The notes below the pieces were generated by a model. It made no database searches, was not told the DNA's origin, and saw nothing but the letters and a program-made list of their open reading frames with translations. From PVC group bacterium (GTDB lineage Bacteria > GCA-001730085 > JADFSZ01): a stretch of 18,433 nucleotides of DNA. The translations under genes were made by a program, and so were the position numbers. Where the stretch lies: positions 1-18,433 of the forward strand of contig JADFSZ010000012.1 in NCBI GenBank assembly GCA_022560555.1, written 5' to 3'. Positions 6,919 through 16,300 of the stretch are shown piece by piece (position 1 is the stretch's first letter; every line of letters starts with the position of its first letter).

Positions 6919-8382
6919 CTGCGTCAAGGGTGAAGGGGATGACGTGAGGCGGCTTTTGGCTGTCAGAGCAAGCTTTTGACGGTCCGGTTTGCCCTCCGGG
7001 TTCAACGCGTTTTCGGGCCATGAAAGAAAGTGATCCGGTATTTTATAGCCGGGAAGAAACCGGCGGAGTTCTTGATCAAGGGATTTTTCTTCCGAAGAAA
7101 CATTATCCCGCATCTTAACAAAAGCGACCGGCCGCCATCCAAATTCGGCATTCTCTACCGGAACAACAATGGCCTGGCGCACATCCGGGATGTTTGTCAG
7201 GGCCGCTTCTATTTCTTCGGGTTGAATGTTTTCACCTCCGGAAATAAACATATTGTCCGCGCGTCCCGTGATCACGAGGGTGCCTTTGTCGGTCATATAT
7301 CCCGTGTCACCCGTGTGAAACCACCCTTCGGCATCGCCCGGCCGATGAATATTTTCTTCCTCGATATAACCTTTAAACAATGTCTTTCCACGGACAAAAA
7401 TTTCTCCCGAACCGGAAATTTTTAATTCTCTATGGGGCAGAAGGACGCCGGCCGTCAAAAGTTTCTCAACGGAATCATGGGCTCGTGTTGTTGAAACTTG
7501 ACTGGCCATCTCTGTCAATCCGTACGTGACATGAACGGGGAGGCCTTTTGCATACGCTTCATTTAGCAGCTCTTGCGGGATCGCGCTCCCTCCGATAAGG
7601 ATGGCTTTAATCGAGGAAAGTGTTTTCCGGCTCTCATTTATCTTGAGTAATCTGAAAAGTTGAGTGGATACTAATGATACATGTGTGATCTTGAACTTTT
7701 TAATATTTTCAAGAACATCATCAGGCTTTTTAGGGATCACACATGCGGCTCCTGCCAGCATCGCGCGGTACAGGATGGCTTGGCCCCCTACATGGTACAG
7801 GGGAAGCGTGATGAGCCATCGATCAAGAGATCCGAGCGGAATGTTCATATTGCTTCCAAGCGCACTGTAGTAATGATTCCCAAAGGATAAGACGACGGGT
7901 TTAGGGATTCCCATGGAGCCGGATGTGAACATGATGGACGCGTCTTGGTCGAGAGATAGATTTTCATTGTCCGTCGGAGCTCCCTGTATGACATTGAGAT
8001 CTACGAGGTCTTCAATAAAAATGAGTTTTGCTTGCGAGGAGAAGTCAATGGGAAGTGTTTTTTTAGTTGTGATAAAAAATGGTGTTTTAACTTTTTTGAG
8101 AAGATGATTGATGGCCGTGGACGGAAGCCGTGTCGACAAAGTGCAGGCGACGGCGCCTAAATGCAAAAGAGCCATAAGGACGATGGGGTACTCCAGACGA
8201 TTTTCAATCAAACAGCTCACACGGTCGCAGGGGCGAATACCGGCATTGATGAGATGGGTTTTGACGACACTGACACATGTCAAATATTTTGGGTATGTGA
8301 ACGTGAAATCTTCATTTATCAACGCGGATTGACCGGGAAAATCACGGCTGGCTGTAATAAGCGGGCTTTCTATATCAGACAT
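6913..8382 (-). CDS. menE: o-succinylbenzoate-CoA ligase (adenylate-forming enzyme)
   Basis: AMP-binding motifs FTSGSMGIPKP, YGLTE and GWFHTGDTGY..GRADNMFISGGENI are present. Its position is immediately downstream of menC, with an 8-nt overlap. Confidence 0.8.
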   Translation of the reverse strand: MSDIESPLITASRDFPGQSALINEDFTFTYPKYLTCVSVVKTHLINAGIRPCDRVSCLIENRLEYPIVLMALLHLGAVACTLSTRLPSTAINHLLKKVKTPFFITTKKTLPIDFSSQAKLIFIEDLVDLNVIQGAPTDNENLSLDQDASIMFTSGSMGIPKPVVLSFGNHYYSALGSNMNIPLGSLDRWLITLPLYHVGGQAILYRAMLAGAACVIPKKPDDVLENIKKFKITHVSLVSTQLFRLLKINESRKTLSSIKAILIGGSAIPQELLNEAYAKGLPVHVTYGLTEMASQVSTTRAHDSVEKLLTAGVLLPHRELKISGSGEIFVRGKTLFKGYIEEENIHRPGDAEGWFHTGDTGYMTDKGTLVITGRADNMFISGGENIQPEEIEAALTNIPDVRQAIVVPVENAEFGWRPVAFVKMRDNVSSEEKSLDQELRRFLPGYKIPDHFLSWPENALNPEGKPDRQKLALTAKSRLTSSPSPLTQL

Positions 8383-9463
8383 GGTGAATTTCCTGACTGC
8401 CTTTTGGGCTTAACCCGGCAAGAGTATTCATATAATAGTCAATGTGGATCGTTGGACCTTTTTGTTTTCGTAGTATTATGTCGCTTCCAAAAACATCCTC
8501 TCTGAAAAATGAACACGTGTCAAGTCCGGCGCCGGGTTCGGCCCAAGACAGAGAGGCCGCATAGTGCGCGCACATGAGCCATCCAAGGGGCGTTTCAAAG
8601 GTGGAGCTGATGATGACATTCTTTTGATGCTGCCGGGCATGATGGATCCAAATGTCCGTGGCTTTTAAGCCTCCGAGAAGCGTGGGTTTTAGGACAAAAG
8701 TTTTAACACCATGAAGATCAATAAAATCATCGCACCCGGGGCCGATCAAGGTTTCGTCAAGAGCGGACAGAATCCCGGTATGTTCATAAAACTCCGGGAT
8801 GTTTCCGGGATCTTCAACAGGTTCTTCGATATAGTCGATGCGAAATCTCGAAATCGATTTTCCGATCTTTAGGGCTTTTGTAAGCGGCCACTCGCGGTTA
8901 GCATCCAAGCGTAGGATGGCTTTTGGATCGATGATGTTCCGAATTTTTTCGAGAGTGGATATTAGTTCTTCTTCTTTAAAATTTTGGGTTTTTAATTTGT
9001 AGGCACGGTATCCTTCCTGGTGGCATAAACGAGCCTTTTTACATATGTCATCACTTGTTCCCGTAAGGAGTGCTTGAGTATAAACCCGGGAATGAAAATT
9101 ACTGTTTAAGATACCCGCCGGAGGTGTTTTGGATCGATGGGACAAAAGATTGAGATAGGCCGCTTCAAATCCGAATTGCACCGATGGAAAAGATGGAATC
9201 GGTGTCCATGCGCTCCAAGTATCAGGGAGGGGATGTGAGAGGATTTCTTTTTTGATACGGGTGGCGTCCAAAAGACAATCCTTTAGGGATTCTTGGCTGA
9301 ATCCGGGTAAAGGCGCAATTTCTCCACATCCTATAAAACCGTCCTTATCCGACATTTTAATAATGATTCCCTCTCGATGGGAGTGAGGGGTGCCTTTGAA
9401 CATCACCGATGAGCGAAAAGGATGTTTGTATTGATAGAGGCTGATATTATGAATAGTGATCAT
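8375..9463 (-). CDS. menC: o-succinylbenzoate synthase (enolase superfamily)
   Basis: Metal-ligand motifs occur in the expected order: LRLDANREW, DYIEEP, SALDETL. It lies between menA and menE and overlaps both. Confidence 0.8.
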   Translation of the reverse strand: MITIHNISLYQYKHPFRSSVMFKGTPHSHREGIIIKMSDKDGFIGCGEIAPLPGFSQESLKDCLLDATRIKKEILSHPLPDTWSAWTPIPSFPSVQFGFEAAYLNLLSHRSKTPPAGILNSNFHSRVYTQALLTGTSDDICKKARLCHQEGYRAYKLKTQNFKEEELISTLEKIRNIIDPKAILRLDANREWPLTKALKIGKSISRFRIDYIEEPVEDPGNIPEFYEHTGILSALDETLIGPGCDDFIDLHGVKTFVLKPTLLGGLKATDIWIHHARQHQKNVIISSTFETPLGWLMCAHYAASLSWAEPGAGLDTCSFFREDVFGSDIILRKQKGPTIHIDYYMNTLAGLSPKGSQEIHHV

Positions 9464-10364
9464 ATATTGTTATCCAGATAAAAAATGCCGAGTACGATAA
9501 ACTGACGCATAAAAGAAAGACCCCCGTTTGAGCGAGAAGCCGGTTGAGCTCTTTTTCTTGTCGATAAAACCAAATTTTCTTAATATTTGGTATTGAAAAT
9601 ACCAGACAAATAAAAAACAAAATCAAACTCATCTTAGGATGAAGGGGGAATGTGGTGCCCAGGACAAGCCCCAACGCGATCAGGAATGAAAGCGTGTATT
9701 CCCACTGTGTGAATATTTTTCCGAAACGCACCGCGAGGGTTCTTTTGTCTGATAGCTTATCTGTATTGACATCACGCAAATTATTCACCGCTAATATGGC
9801 AACGGACAAAAATCCGGGAATCATTCCGGCGAATATCACCCACGCGGGACAAGTGAGTGTTTGGACAAAGAAGGTTCCTCCGACGGCAATAGGTCCGAAA
9901 AATATCAAAACAAAAAAATCACCGAGACCGAGGTAGCCCAATGGTTTTGGTCCGGCCGTATACGCCAAGCCGGAAGCGATGGCAAGAACAGCAATGACAA
10001 AAATCGGCCATCCGGCGCGATATATTAAATAGATGCTGATGAGCGCGGCACATCCAAAGGCCCCCATAGCGGCCTGTTTCATGGTTTGGGCTTGAATCCA
10101 TCCTGATGCCACGGCTCTGGCAGGACCAAGGCGGTCATTTCGGTCTGTTCCTTTTTGGAAATCCCAATAATCGTTGGCGTAATTTGTTCCGATTTGGATG
10201 AGCAGCGCGCCGCATAATGTTGCGAAAAAAGAGGGGGCGTGAAAGAATCCTTTATAGAACGCGAGCGCGGCTCCGATCGATACGGGGGCGATGCTGGCTG
10301 AAAGAGTTTTGGGACGTGCGGCAAGAAACCAAACTTGAATACATTTTGCGAATTTACTTTTCAC
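9447..10364 (-). CDS. menA: 1,4-dihydroxy-2-naphthoate polyprenyltransferase (UbiA family)
   Basis: RPKTLSASIAPV.. and the NDYWDFQKGTD Asp-rich motif are present, and the protein is polytopic and hydrophobic. GTG start at 10364..10362 sits directly after an in-frame TAA, with no obvious SD. Confidence 0.85.
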   Translation of the reverse strand: MKSKFAKCIQVWFLAARPKTLSASIAPVSIGAALAFYKGFFHAPSFFATLCGALLIQIGTNYANDYWDFQKGTDRNDRLGPARAVASGWIQAQTMKQAAMGAFGCAALISIYLIYRAGWPIFVIAVLAIASGLAYTAGPKPLGYLGLGDFFVLIFFGPIAVGGTFFVQTLTCPAWVIFAGMIPGFLSVAILAVNNLRDVNTDKLSDKRTLAVRFGKIFTQWEYTLSFLIALGLVLGTTFPLHPKMSLILFFICLVFSIPNIKKIWFYRQEKELNRLLAQTGVFLLCVSLSYSAFFIWITIYDHYS

Positions 10365-10398
10365 TTATTTTTTTTGACTGGGAACTGGAAACTTTCTT

Positions 10399-11262
10399 TT
10401 AAGGTCTTTTGGGAAATTTTGAAAAGTCCGGTTTCCGCTTTTCGTTAAAAGCATTACGGCCTTCTTGGCCTTCTTCTGACATGTAATAAAGCATGGTCGT
10501 GTTTCCCGCGAGCTCCTGCAAGCCGGCTTGTCCGTCACAATCAGCGTTGAGGGCTGCTTTTAAACAGCGGATGGCCATGGGAGAATGGGCGAGCATCTCC
10601 CGGCACCACTTGATCGTTTCTGCTTCCAGATTTTCATAGGGTACAACCGTATTTATTAAACCCATATCCAGCGCTTGTTGGGCATTATACTGACGGCAGA
10701 GAAACCAAATTTCACGCGCCTTTTTTTGTCCGACAATGCGTGCCATATAACTCGCGCCGTATCCGCCGTCAAATGATCCCACTTTGGGGCCGGTCTGTCC
10801 AAAGATAGCATTGTCGGCCGCGATCGAGATGTCACACATGAGATGAAGAACATGCCCTCCGCCGATCGCGTATCCCGCGATCATGGCCACAATCGGCTTG
10901 GGACACGTACGGATTTGTCTTTGGAAATCAAGAATGTTGAGTCGATGGACACCGTTTTCGTCTTTATATCCCGCGTTTCCGCGAATCTTTTGATCCCCGC
11001 CTGAACAAAAGGCTTCTTTCCCCTGACCTGTCAGAATAATTACACCGATGGACGTGTCTTGTCTAGCATCTTCGAGGGCGTCAGACATCTCGGTGACTGT
11101 TTTCGGACGGAACGCATTTCGGACACGCGGACGATTGATCGTGATTTTGGCGATTCCGCTTGATTTATGGTAGAGAATATCCGTGTAAGTCTTTGCTTCT
11201 TGCCAGGAAACAATGGAAGTTATAGGGGCATTTTGTTTTTTTGAAAGAAGATTTTGATTCAT
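10399..11262 (-). CDS. menB: 1,4-dihydroxy-2-naphthoyl-CoA synthase (crotonase fold)
   Basis: Very high similarity to remembered E. coli MenB blocks: [60 protein letters not shown] chose the start MNQNLLSKK at 11262; the track's start at 11301 adds 13 non-conserved residues. Confidence 0.92.
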   Translation of the reverse strand: MNQNLLSKKQNAPITSIVSWQEAKTYTDILYHKSSGIAKITINRPRVRNAFRPKTVTEMSDALEDARQDTSIGVIILTGQGKEAFCSGGDQKIRGNAGYKDENGVHRLNILDFQRQIRTCPKPIVAMIAGYAIGGGHVLHLMCDISIAADNAIFGQTGPKVGSFDGGYGASYMARIVGQKKAREIWFLCRQYNAQQALDMGLINTVVPYENLEAETIKWCREMLAHSPMAIRCLKAALNADCDGQAGLQELAGNTTMLYYMSEEGQEGRNAFNEKRKPDFSKFPKRP

Positions 11263-11351
11263 GGTGATGGATACCTTAATTACAAATTCGCGAGGACACA
11301 TCTTAGCATAGCCTGGTTGAATTCGAAAGAGAACGCGTAGGGCTATTTTTC

Positions 11352-11380
11352 TTGTTCCAAATAAAAAGTTCTGCTAAAAT
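11352..11380 (+). promoter_or_regulatory. Candidate sigma70 promoter (extended -10) for the GT-C gene pair
   Basis: TTGTTC (11352..11357), 17 nt spacer ending in TGC, TAAAAT (11375..11380). This implies a leader of about 150 nt that contains a 9-bp hairpin at 11437..11462. Confidence 0.4.
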
Positions 11381-11535
11381 GTTGATAATTCATTGATTTT
11401 CTTGCTCTTAAGAGAGTTTTAAACTTGCGTAATGTTTCAACAAACGGCTGCATGTTTGTTGAGAAGAAAACAAAGATCCTCAAAAGGGCCGACCCCCGGA
11501 TTGGGACGCCCGTTTAGAGGAGAGGGAATCATTCC

Positions 11536-12741
11536 ATGCATTCAAAATGGTCTGTCTGTGTTGTCATTCTCGTTGCCGTCGTGATTAGACTGTTATTTAA
11601 AAGTGATGTTGTCTATGACGGATTTGATGAAAACATATACCACTATTATGTGAACACAGTGCACCAACAAGGTTTCGAAGGCCTTCGTGAGATTTTTCAA
11701 CAGTATTCACGCCATGAAGTTCTGTCGACAGCCCCCTCTCCGTTACGTGTCGGGTACGTATACAGTGCCTATTTGTTTTGTAAAATACTCGGGGAATTCA
11801 GTTTGAATCATCTTGCTTGGTTTTCGTTTGTTTGCGGTCTAGGGCTTGTTGTTGTTGCATGGGCTCTTTTCAGACAATTATTTACGCCTCCCGTGGCTTT
11901 GGCAAGTTCTCTCCTGCTGATAACAAGTCCGATCGGCATGGCCCTATCTCAACGGGCCCTTCAAGATACGTTTATGACACTGATTATTATTTCCTGTGTT
12001 TTGCTGCATTATCTTTATTGCCAAAAACGAACAATGGTGTATTTGATCAGTTTGACACTGACTCTGACCTTAGGATTTTTAACCAAAGAGTCTATGGTTC
12101 TTCTTTACCCATTCTTTATTATCGCCAGCCTTTATTATTGGAAAAACAATTCACCCCCTCATCCTTTATGGGGGACCTTGCCGTTTGTCATAGCTCCTTT
12201 CGTGGCGCTAGGCGTTATGATAACAATAGCCGGCAATCTACAAAATGTTATTGAGTTTTATCAATACCTCTTTTCCATGCAAAATAAGATCCCTTATGCT
12301 GTCAATTTTCAAAAAGGACCTTGGTTTAAATATATTGTAGACTTTTTGCTCATATCGCCCTTGGTTCTGATTTTTGGGATTATTGGGATGAGTTCTTATC
12401 TTGGTGAGGAGTCGCCTCATCGTGCCGGAAGAGCTTTTTGCAGCGTGTTTATGCTTGTGAGTCTCGCCGTTTGCAGTTGTGTGGTCATCATGAATATTCG
12501 TCATGTGTATTTTCTGGATGTATCTCTTCGGGCTTTAGCTGTTCTCGGAGCACTGCAAGTATCGAGCCTTTTAGCTCAAAAATGGCCGCAATTTCTTAAT
12601 CAAAGTGTTGTATGTTTGATCATCATTCTTTCTTTGGTCACAACAGACTTGTATCAATACTATAAACTTTTTATCGAAGCAAAGATCTATGATCCGATAA
12701 CAGCCAATTTAATTCAGGGTTTAGGTTTTGTGAGTCAGTAA
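11536..12741 (+). CDS. Polytopic GT-C-fold membrane glycosyltransferase-like protein (ArnT/PMT_2-like)
   Basis: A first-loop acidic motif DGFDENIY follows TM1, which is typical of the GT-C DE/DxD position. There are at least 9 hydrophobic segments. A strong SD, GGAGAGGGA, is present. The family call rests on architecture only. Confidence 0.55.
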   Translation: MHSKWSVCVVILVAVVIRLLFKSDVVYDGFDENIYHYYVNTVHQQGFEGLREIFQQYSRHEVLSTAPSPLRVGYVYSAYLFCKILGEFSLNHLAWFSFVCGLGLVVVAWALFRQLFTPPVALASSLLLITSPIGMALSQRALQDTFMTLIIISCVLLHYLYCQKRTMVYLISLTLTLTLGFLTKESMVLLYPFFIIASLYYWKNNSPPHPLWGTLPFVIAPFVALGVMITIAGNLQNVIEFYQYLFSMQNKIPYAVNFQKGPWFKYIVDFLLISPLVLIFGIIGMSSYLGEESPHRAGRAFCSVFMLVSLAVCSCVVIMNIRHVYFLDVSLRALAVLGALQVSSLLAQKWPQFLNQSVVCLIIILSLVTTDLYQYYKLFIEAKIYDPITANLIQGLGFVSQ

Positions 12742-12767
12742 AGTCCCCATCGATTTCGGAAGAAAAT

Positions 12768-14531
12768 ATGAGCCAAGCTTCTAAAAGAAAAATACATCCG
12801 GCATGGTTGATGTTGTTGATAGGTACGGTGGGTGCTATTTTCTATATGAATTCTCTGGACGGAGAATTTGTCTGGGATGATCTCAGTCTGATCAAAAACA
12901 ACTACTTTCTTCATGGCGATGTTCCGATAATAAAAATTTTTTCTCAGAGCATCCGGGCGGGCGCCGGCGTGAAGGGAGATACTTTTTACCGGCCGATTCA
13001 AATATTGAGTTATATCTGGGACTACAAAATCGCCGGCTTGGACGTGCGGATGTATCACGCGACCAGTGTGATCGTACATATCCTGGTTGGCGTGAGTTTG
13101 TTTTGGCTTTTTTATTTGGTGACTGAACGCCGGGGCCTTTCTCTCGTAGGCGCGCTTTTATATACGGTGCATCCCCTTCATACGGAGGCCGTGAGTTATA
13201 TCTCGGGCCGCGCGGATCCTTTGATGGCGCTTTTTATGTTGTGGGCGTTTGGCCTGTATATTATGAGTCGTAAACGGACGCGGCCGGTTTTATTGATCCT
13301 CAGCTACATGTGTTATGTCGGGGCTCTTTTATCAAAAGAATACGCGCTGATACTTCCCATATTTCTTATTCTCTATCACATGAGCTTTCATGAAAAGATT
13401 CCATGGAAAAATCTCATTGGTTTTTTTGCTTTAGGTCTCCTGTTCCTTGTCGTACGATCAAACCTTGTTGAGAGTTCTCATGACCCTGCGTTTATTCCTC
13501 CGAGTTTTCTAGAAAGAATTCCCGGGATATTTGTCGCGTTTGTCCAATATTTGAAACTAATCTTTTGGCCCATGGGGCTCCATATGGAGTATGGCGGGAA
13601 ATATTTTGATTATTCTTATGGGCTGATGTGGGTGGGGCTCGCCGTATTCATCGGGTTTCTCACCATCCTCAAACAATCCAAAAAGAAAAACCCTTTAGTG
13701 TTTTTTGGGCTAAGCTGGTTTTTGATCGGTCTCATTCCTCATTCAAATATTATTCCTTTGAACGCGTACATGGCCGAGCATTGGTTGTATGTTCCTTTGA
13801 TGGGTTTTATCTTGGCTTTTGTATGTGGTGTAGATCGGCTAAAGATATCCCCTCGCTCGAAATCCATCCTAGCAGGGCTTCTTATATGCCTTTTAGGTTT
13901 TTTAACAGTCAGGCAAAATCAGGTTTGGCAAACCCCTGTCACTCTCTATGAACATACCCTGAAATATTCCAGGGATAGTTCACGCGTTATGAATAATTTG
14001 GGCGTGATTTATTTTAAACAGGGTCAGAAAGAAAAAGCCATACGGCTATTTGAAAACGCCATCCGGGTAGAGCCCCGGAATATTAATCCCTATAGCAATC
14101 TTGGTAACGCGTACCGAAATAAAGGGCAATTTGAAAAAGCCCTTGCCCTGTATAAAAAAGTACTTCAAATAACACCCGATGACGCGGGAGTCTACAGCAA
14201 TATCGGCAACATTTATTTAGACCAAGGCCTTTTGGAAGAGGCCGAAAGGTATTATAAAAAAGCCGTGTCCGTAAATCCGTATCACGCAACATCATTTAAC
14301 AACCTGGGTTTAGTGTATTTTAAAAAAAGTGACTTACCCATATCCGAAAAAATGTTTCTAAAAGCCCTTTCATTGAATCCTCATTATGCCGAGGCTTGTT
14401 ATACACTGTCGCTTATTTATTATGAGTTGGGCCGTATGAAAGATGCGATTCTTTATTTTGACCGTGCGAAATCTTTAGGATATTCGAGCCCGGATTTTGC
14501 CGAAATCCTTAAGTCCCATAGAACACGATAA
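12768..14531 (+). CDS. TMTC-like GT-C membrane glycosyltransferase with five C-terminal TPR repeats
   Basis: The N-terminal blocks FVWDDLSLIKNN, FYRPIQILSY, MYHATSVIVH and HPLHTEAVSYISGRADP mirror the conserved blocks I remember from TMTC O-mannosyltransferases. Five 34-aa TPRs span roughly 13987..14500. Confidence 0.8.
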   Translation: MSQASKRKIHPAWLMLLIGTVGAIFYMNSLDGEFVWDDLSLIKNNYFLHGDVPIIKIFSQSIRAGAGVKGDTFYRPIQILSYIWDYKIAGLDVRMYHATSVIVHILVGVSLFWLFYLVTERRGLSLVGALLYTVHPLHTEAVSYISGRADPLMALFMLWAFGLYIMSRKRTRPVLLILSYMCYVGALLSKEYALILPIFLILYHMSFHEKIPWKNLIGFFALGLLFLVVRSNLVESSHDPAFIPPSFLERIPGIFVAFVQYLKLIFWPMGLHMEYGGKYFDYSYGLMWVGLAVFIGFLTILKQSKKKNPLVFFGLSWFLIGLIPHSNIIPLNAYMAEHWLYVPLMGFILAFVCGVDRLKISPRSKSILAGLLICLLGFLTVRQNQVWQTPVTLYEHTLKYSRDSSRVMNNLGVIYFKQGQKEKAIRLFENAIRVEPRNINPYSNLGNAYRNKGQFEKALALYKKVLQITPDDAGVYSNIGNIYLDQGLLEEAERYYKKAVSVNPYHATSFNNLGLVYFKKSDLPISEKMFLKALSLNPHYAEACYTLSLIYYELGRMKDAILYFDRAKSLGYSSPDFAEILKSHRTR

Positions 14532-14550
14532 CAGGTAAAAGAGCGAAAGT

Positions 14551-14751
14551 ATGGAAACGAATCAAAAAGGAAATGCCCTCAACGGAATCGTTTTTTTTGT
14601 GACTCTTGCTGTTGTATTTGGGCTGGTCGGATACTTCATTGTTAAAGGACTTCCGTGGGGGGCGAAAAGAAAAGATCTGTCGATTGAGACGCCGGCTCAA
14701 CAAACGGAGCCGATCCCAAGAAAGAAAAGATCTTTTGGCGGACATCGATAA
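14551..14751 (+). CDS. Hypothetical 66-aa single-pass membrane protein
   Basis: One hydrophobic helix (IVFFVTLAVVFGLVGYFIV) is followed by a basic tail. It starts 19 nt after the TMTC-like stop and has a weak purine-rich SD. I recognise no homology. Confidence 0.35.
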   Translation: METNQKGNALNGIVFFVTLAVVFGLVGYFIVKGLPWGAKRKDLSIETPAQQTEPIPRKKRSFGGHR

Positions 14752-14835
14752 TGCGCGATGAATTTTCTTTGTTCGACCTAATATTTATGGTAAGATTTTA
14801 AAAATGTTAGAGTTGCCAAATTCGGAGTTTTTGAT

Positions 14836-16239
14836 ATGAGTACAAGCGCAGTCGTATATTTTGTCGTTGGCATCCTTGGTATCTTTATGGCTTTTCTCAT
14901 TGTCCATATGGCGCGCCTTTCGTCTCAGGCGAAATCTGTTGATGAACTGCGGCGCAAAAAATCCACAAAGATTTTTTCATCTTCTCACGCGGATCAACCC
15001 ATTGACCGTATTGTTTTTGATGAAGTTAGCCGTTATGTTAAATCAGAGGAACGATCCCGTGAGATCAGCCAGCGCGTCTCTCAAGTCTTTGATAAAGAAC
15101 TCAGCAAACGAACCGAAGAGATGAGTCGTAAACATGAAGCCATTGTGAAAGAAAAGACGCATAGCGAGGAAGTGGCATGGAAGAAATATAAGAAAGTTTT
15201 GAACGACAAAAAAACGACCGAAGGCGTAATCAGAAGCCTCGCCGAAGGTCTTGTGGTCGTGGACGCGGAAGGGAAAGTCATTGTGATGAATCCCGCGGCG
15301 GAGAAACTCCTGGGTGTATCGAAAAAAGAAAAAATCGGACGTCCGATAACGGAGAACTTGAAAGCCAGCCATTTAGCCAGTTTTACTCATGGGGGTGAAG
15401 AGGACCGTGAGATTGAAATCTATAGTGAAGAAGACGAAACAAAGAAAATCCTGAGAGCCAGTTCGGCTGTGATTGAAAATGAAAATGGCCAAACTGTCGG
15501 TATGGTGTCCGTATTATCGGACATCACGAAACAAAAAGAATTGGATCAGCTTAAGGCCGAATTTGTCAGTAAAGTTTCCCATGAATTGCGTACCCCTCTG
15601 ATTGCAATCCAAAAATCCGTATCCCTTCTTTTTAGCGAGTCCGCGGGAAAAATAACGGATACCCAAAAACAATTTTTGTCTATGGCGGAGCGCAATCTGA
15701 AACGCTTAACGCTCCTGATCAATGATCTTCTGGATTTATCTAAATTAGAAGCCGGAAAAATGCAGATCAAACGCGAGTATCGGCAAATGTCCGCAGTGAT
15801 TCGTGATACGGTGGAAACCCTCATACATTGGGCGAATACAAAATCAATCAAACTGGAGCAGGAAGTTGAAGATAAATTACCGGATGTCAATATTGATGAC
15901 AACCGGATTATCCAAGTCTTGACGAATCTCGCGGGCAATGCCATTAAGTTTACACCCAATGAGGGTCGGGTGACGATCTCAGTGAGAGCTCGGCATGAAA
16001 AAGGTGAGATGGAAATCTGTGTGGAAGATACAGGGGTCGGAATCGAGCCGGACGATCTGTCCAAAGTATTTGATAAATTTCAGCAAGTCGGAGAAAGAGC
16101 GTCTACGGATATCGCGGGAACGGGATTGGGATTGTCTGTGGCCAAAGAGATCGTTGAGCTTCACGGGGGAAGAATTTGGGCTGAAAGTGACAAAGGGGCC
16201 GGGGCCCGGTTTATTTTCACCATTCCCTTAACGACCTAG
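14836..16239 (+). CDS. Membrane-anchored PAS sensor histidine kinase
   Basis: It has one N-terminal TM helix, a charged coiled-coil-like stretch, and a PAS-like region (LAEGLVVVDAEGKVIVMNPAAEKLLG). The HisKA H-box is SHELRTPL. The HATPase N, G1 and G2 boxes are NLAGNAIKFT, DTGVGI and GTGLGLSVAKEIVELHGG. Confidence 0.9.
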   Translation: MSTSAVVYFVVGILGIFMAFLIVHMARLSSQAKSVDELRRKKSTKIFSSSHADQPIDRIVFDEVSRYVKSEERSREISQRVSQVFDKELSKRTEEMSRKHEAIVKEKTHSEEVAWKKYKKVLNDKKTTEGVIRSLAEGLVVVDAEGKVIVMNPAAEKLLGVSKKEKIGRPITENLKASHLASFTHGGEEDREIEIYSEEDETKKILRASSAVIENENGQTVGMVSVLSDITKQKELDQLKAEFVSKVSHELRTPLIAIQKSVSLLFSESAGKITDTQKQFLSMAERNLKRLTLLINDLLDLSKLEAGKMQIKREYRQMSAVIRDTVETLIHWANTKSIKLEQEVEDKLPDVNIDDNRIIQVLTNLAGNAIKFTPNEGRVTISVRARHEKGEMEICVEDTGVGIEPDDLSKVFDKFQQVGERASTDIAGTGLGLSVAKEIVELHGGRIWAESDKGAGARFIFTIPLTT

Positions 16240-16245
16240 TTGTAG

Positions 16246-16274
16246 TAGGCACGAAGAAATGTTTCTGGTATAAT
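16246..16274 (+). promoter_or_regulatory. Candidate promoter between the kinase and the response regulator
   Basis: TAGGCA (16246..16251), 17 nt spacer, TGgTATAAT with a perfect -10 at 16269..16274. A TAAGGAGGA SD follows, before the ATG at 16301. Confidence 0.5.
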
Positions 16275-16300
16275 GGACGTACATTAAGGAGGAAAGGTTC

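Noticed and set aside
9469-9479. A DnaA-box-like TTATCCAGA
   Set aside because: It is a single 8/9 match inside the menA coding sequence, which is expected by chance.
11302-11535. A replication origin, suggested by the switch from minus-strand to plus-strand genes
   Set aside because: I could find no DnaA boxes (TTATCCACA or its complement), no AT-rich 13-mer cluster and no dnaA, dnaN or gidA nearby. An ordinary divergent promoter region explains it.
15546-16064. A 172-aa ORF antisense to the histidine kinase. Similar antisense or alternate-frame ORFs occur at 799..1136, 3264..3602, 4175..4569, 5818..6219, 7030..7425, 7664..8505, 9652..10324, 11817..12254, 12238..12504, 12735..13079, 13628..13951 and 18039..18278.
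   Set aside because: All lie wholly inside well-supported genes. They have Ser/Arg/Leu-rich or low-complexity composition typical of shadow ORFs, no SD and no recognisable motifs.
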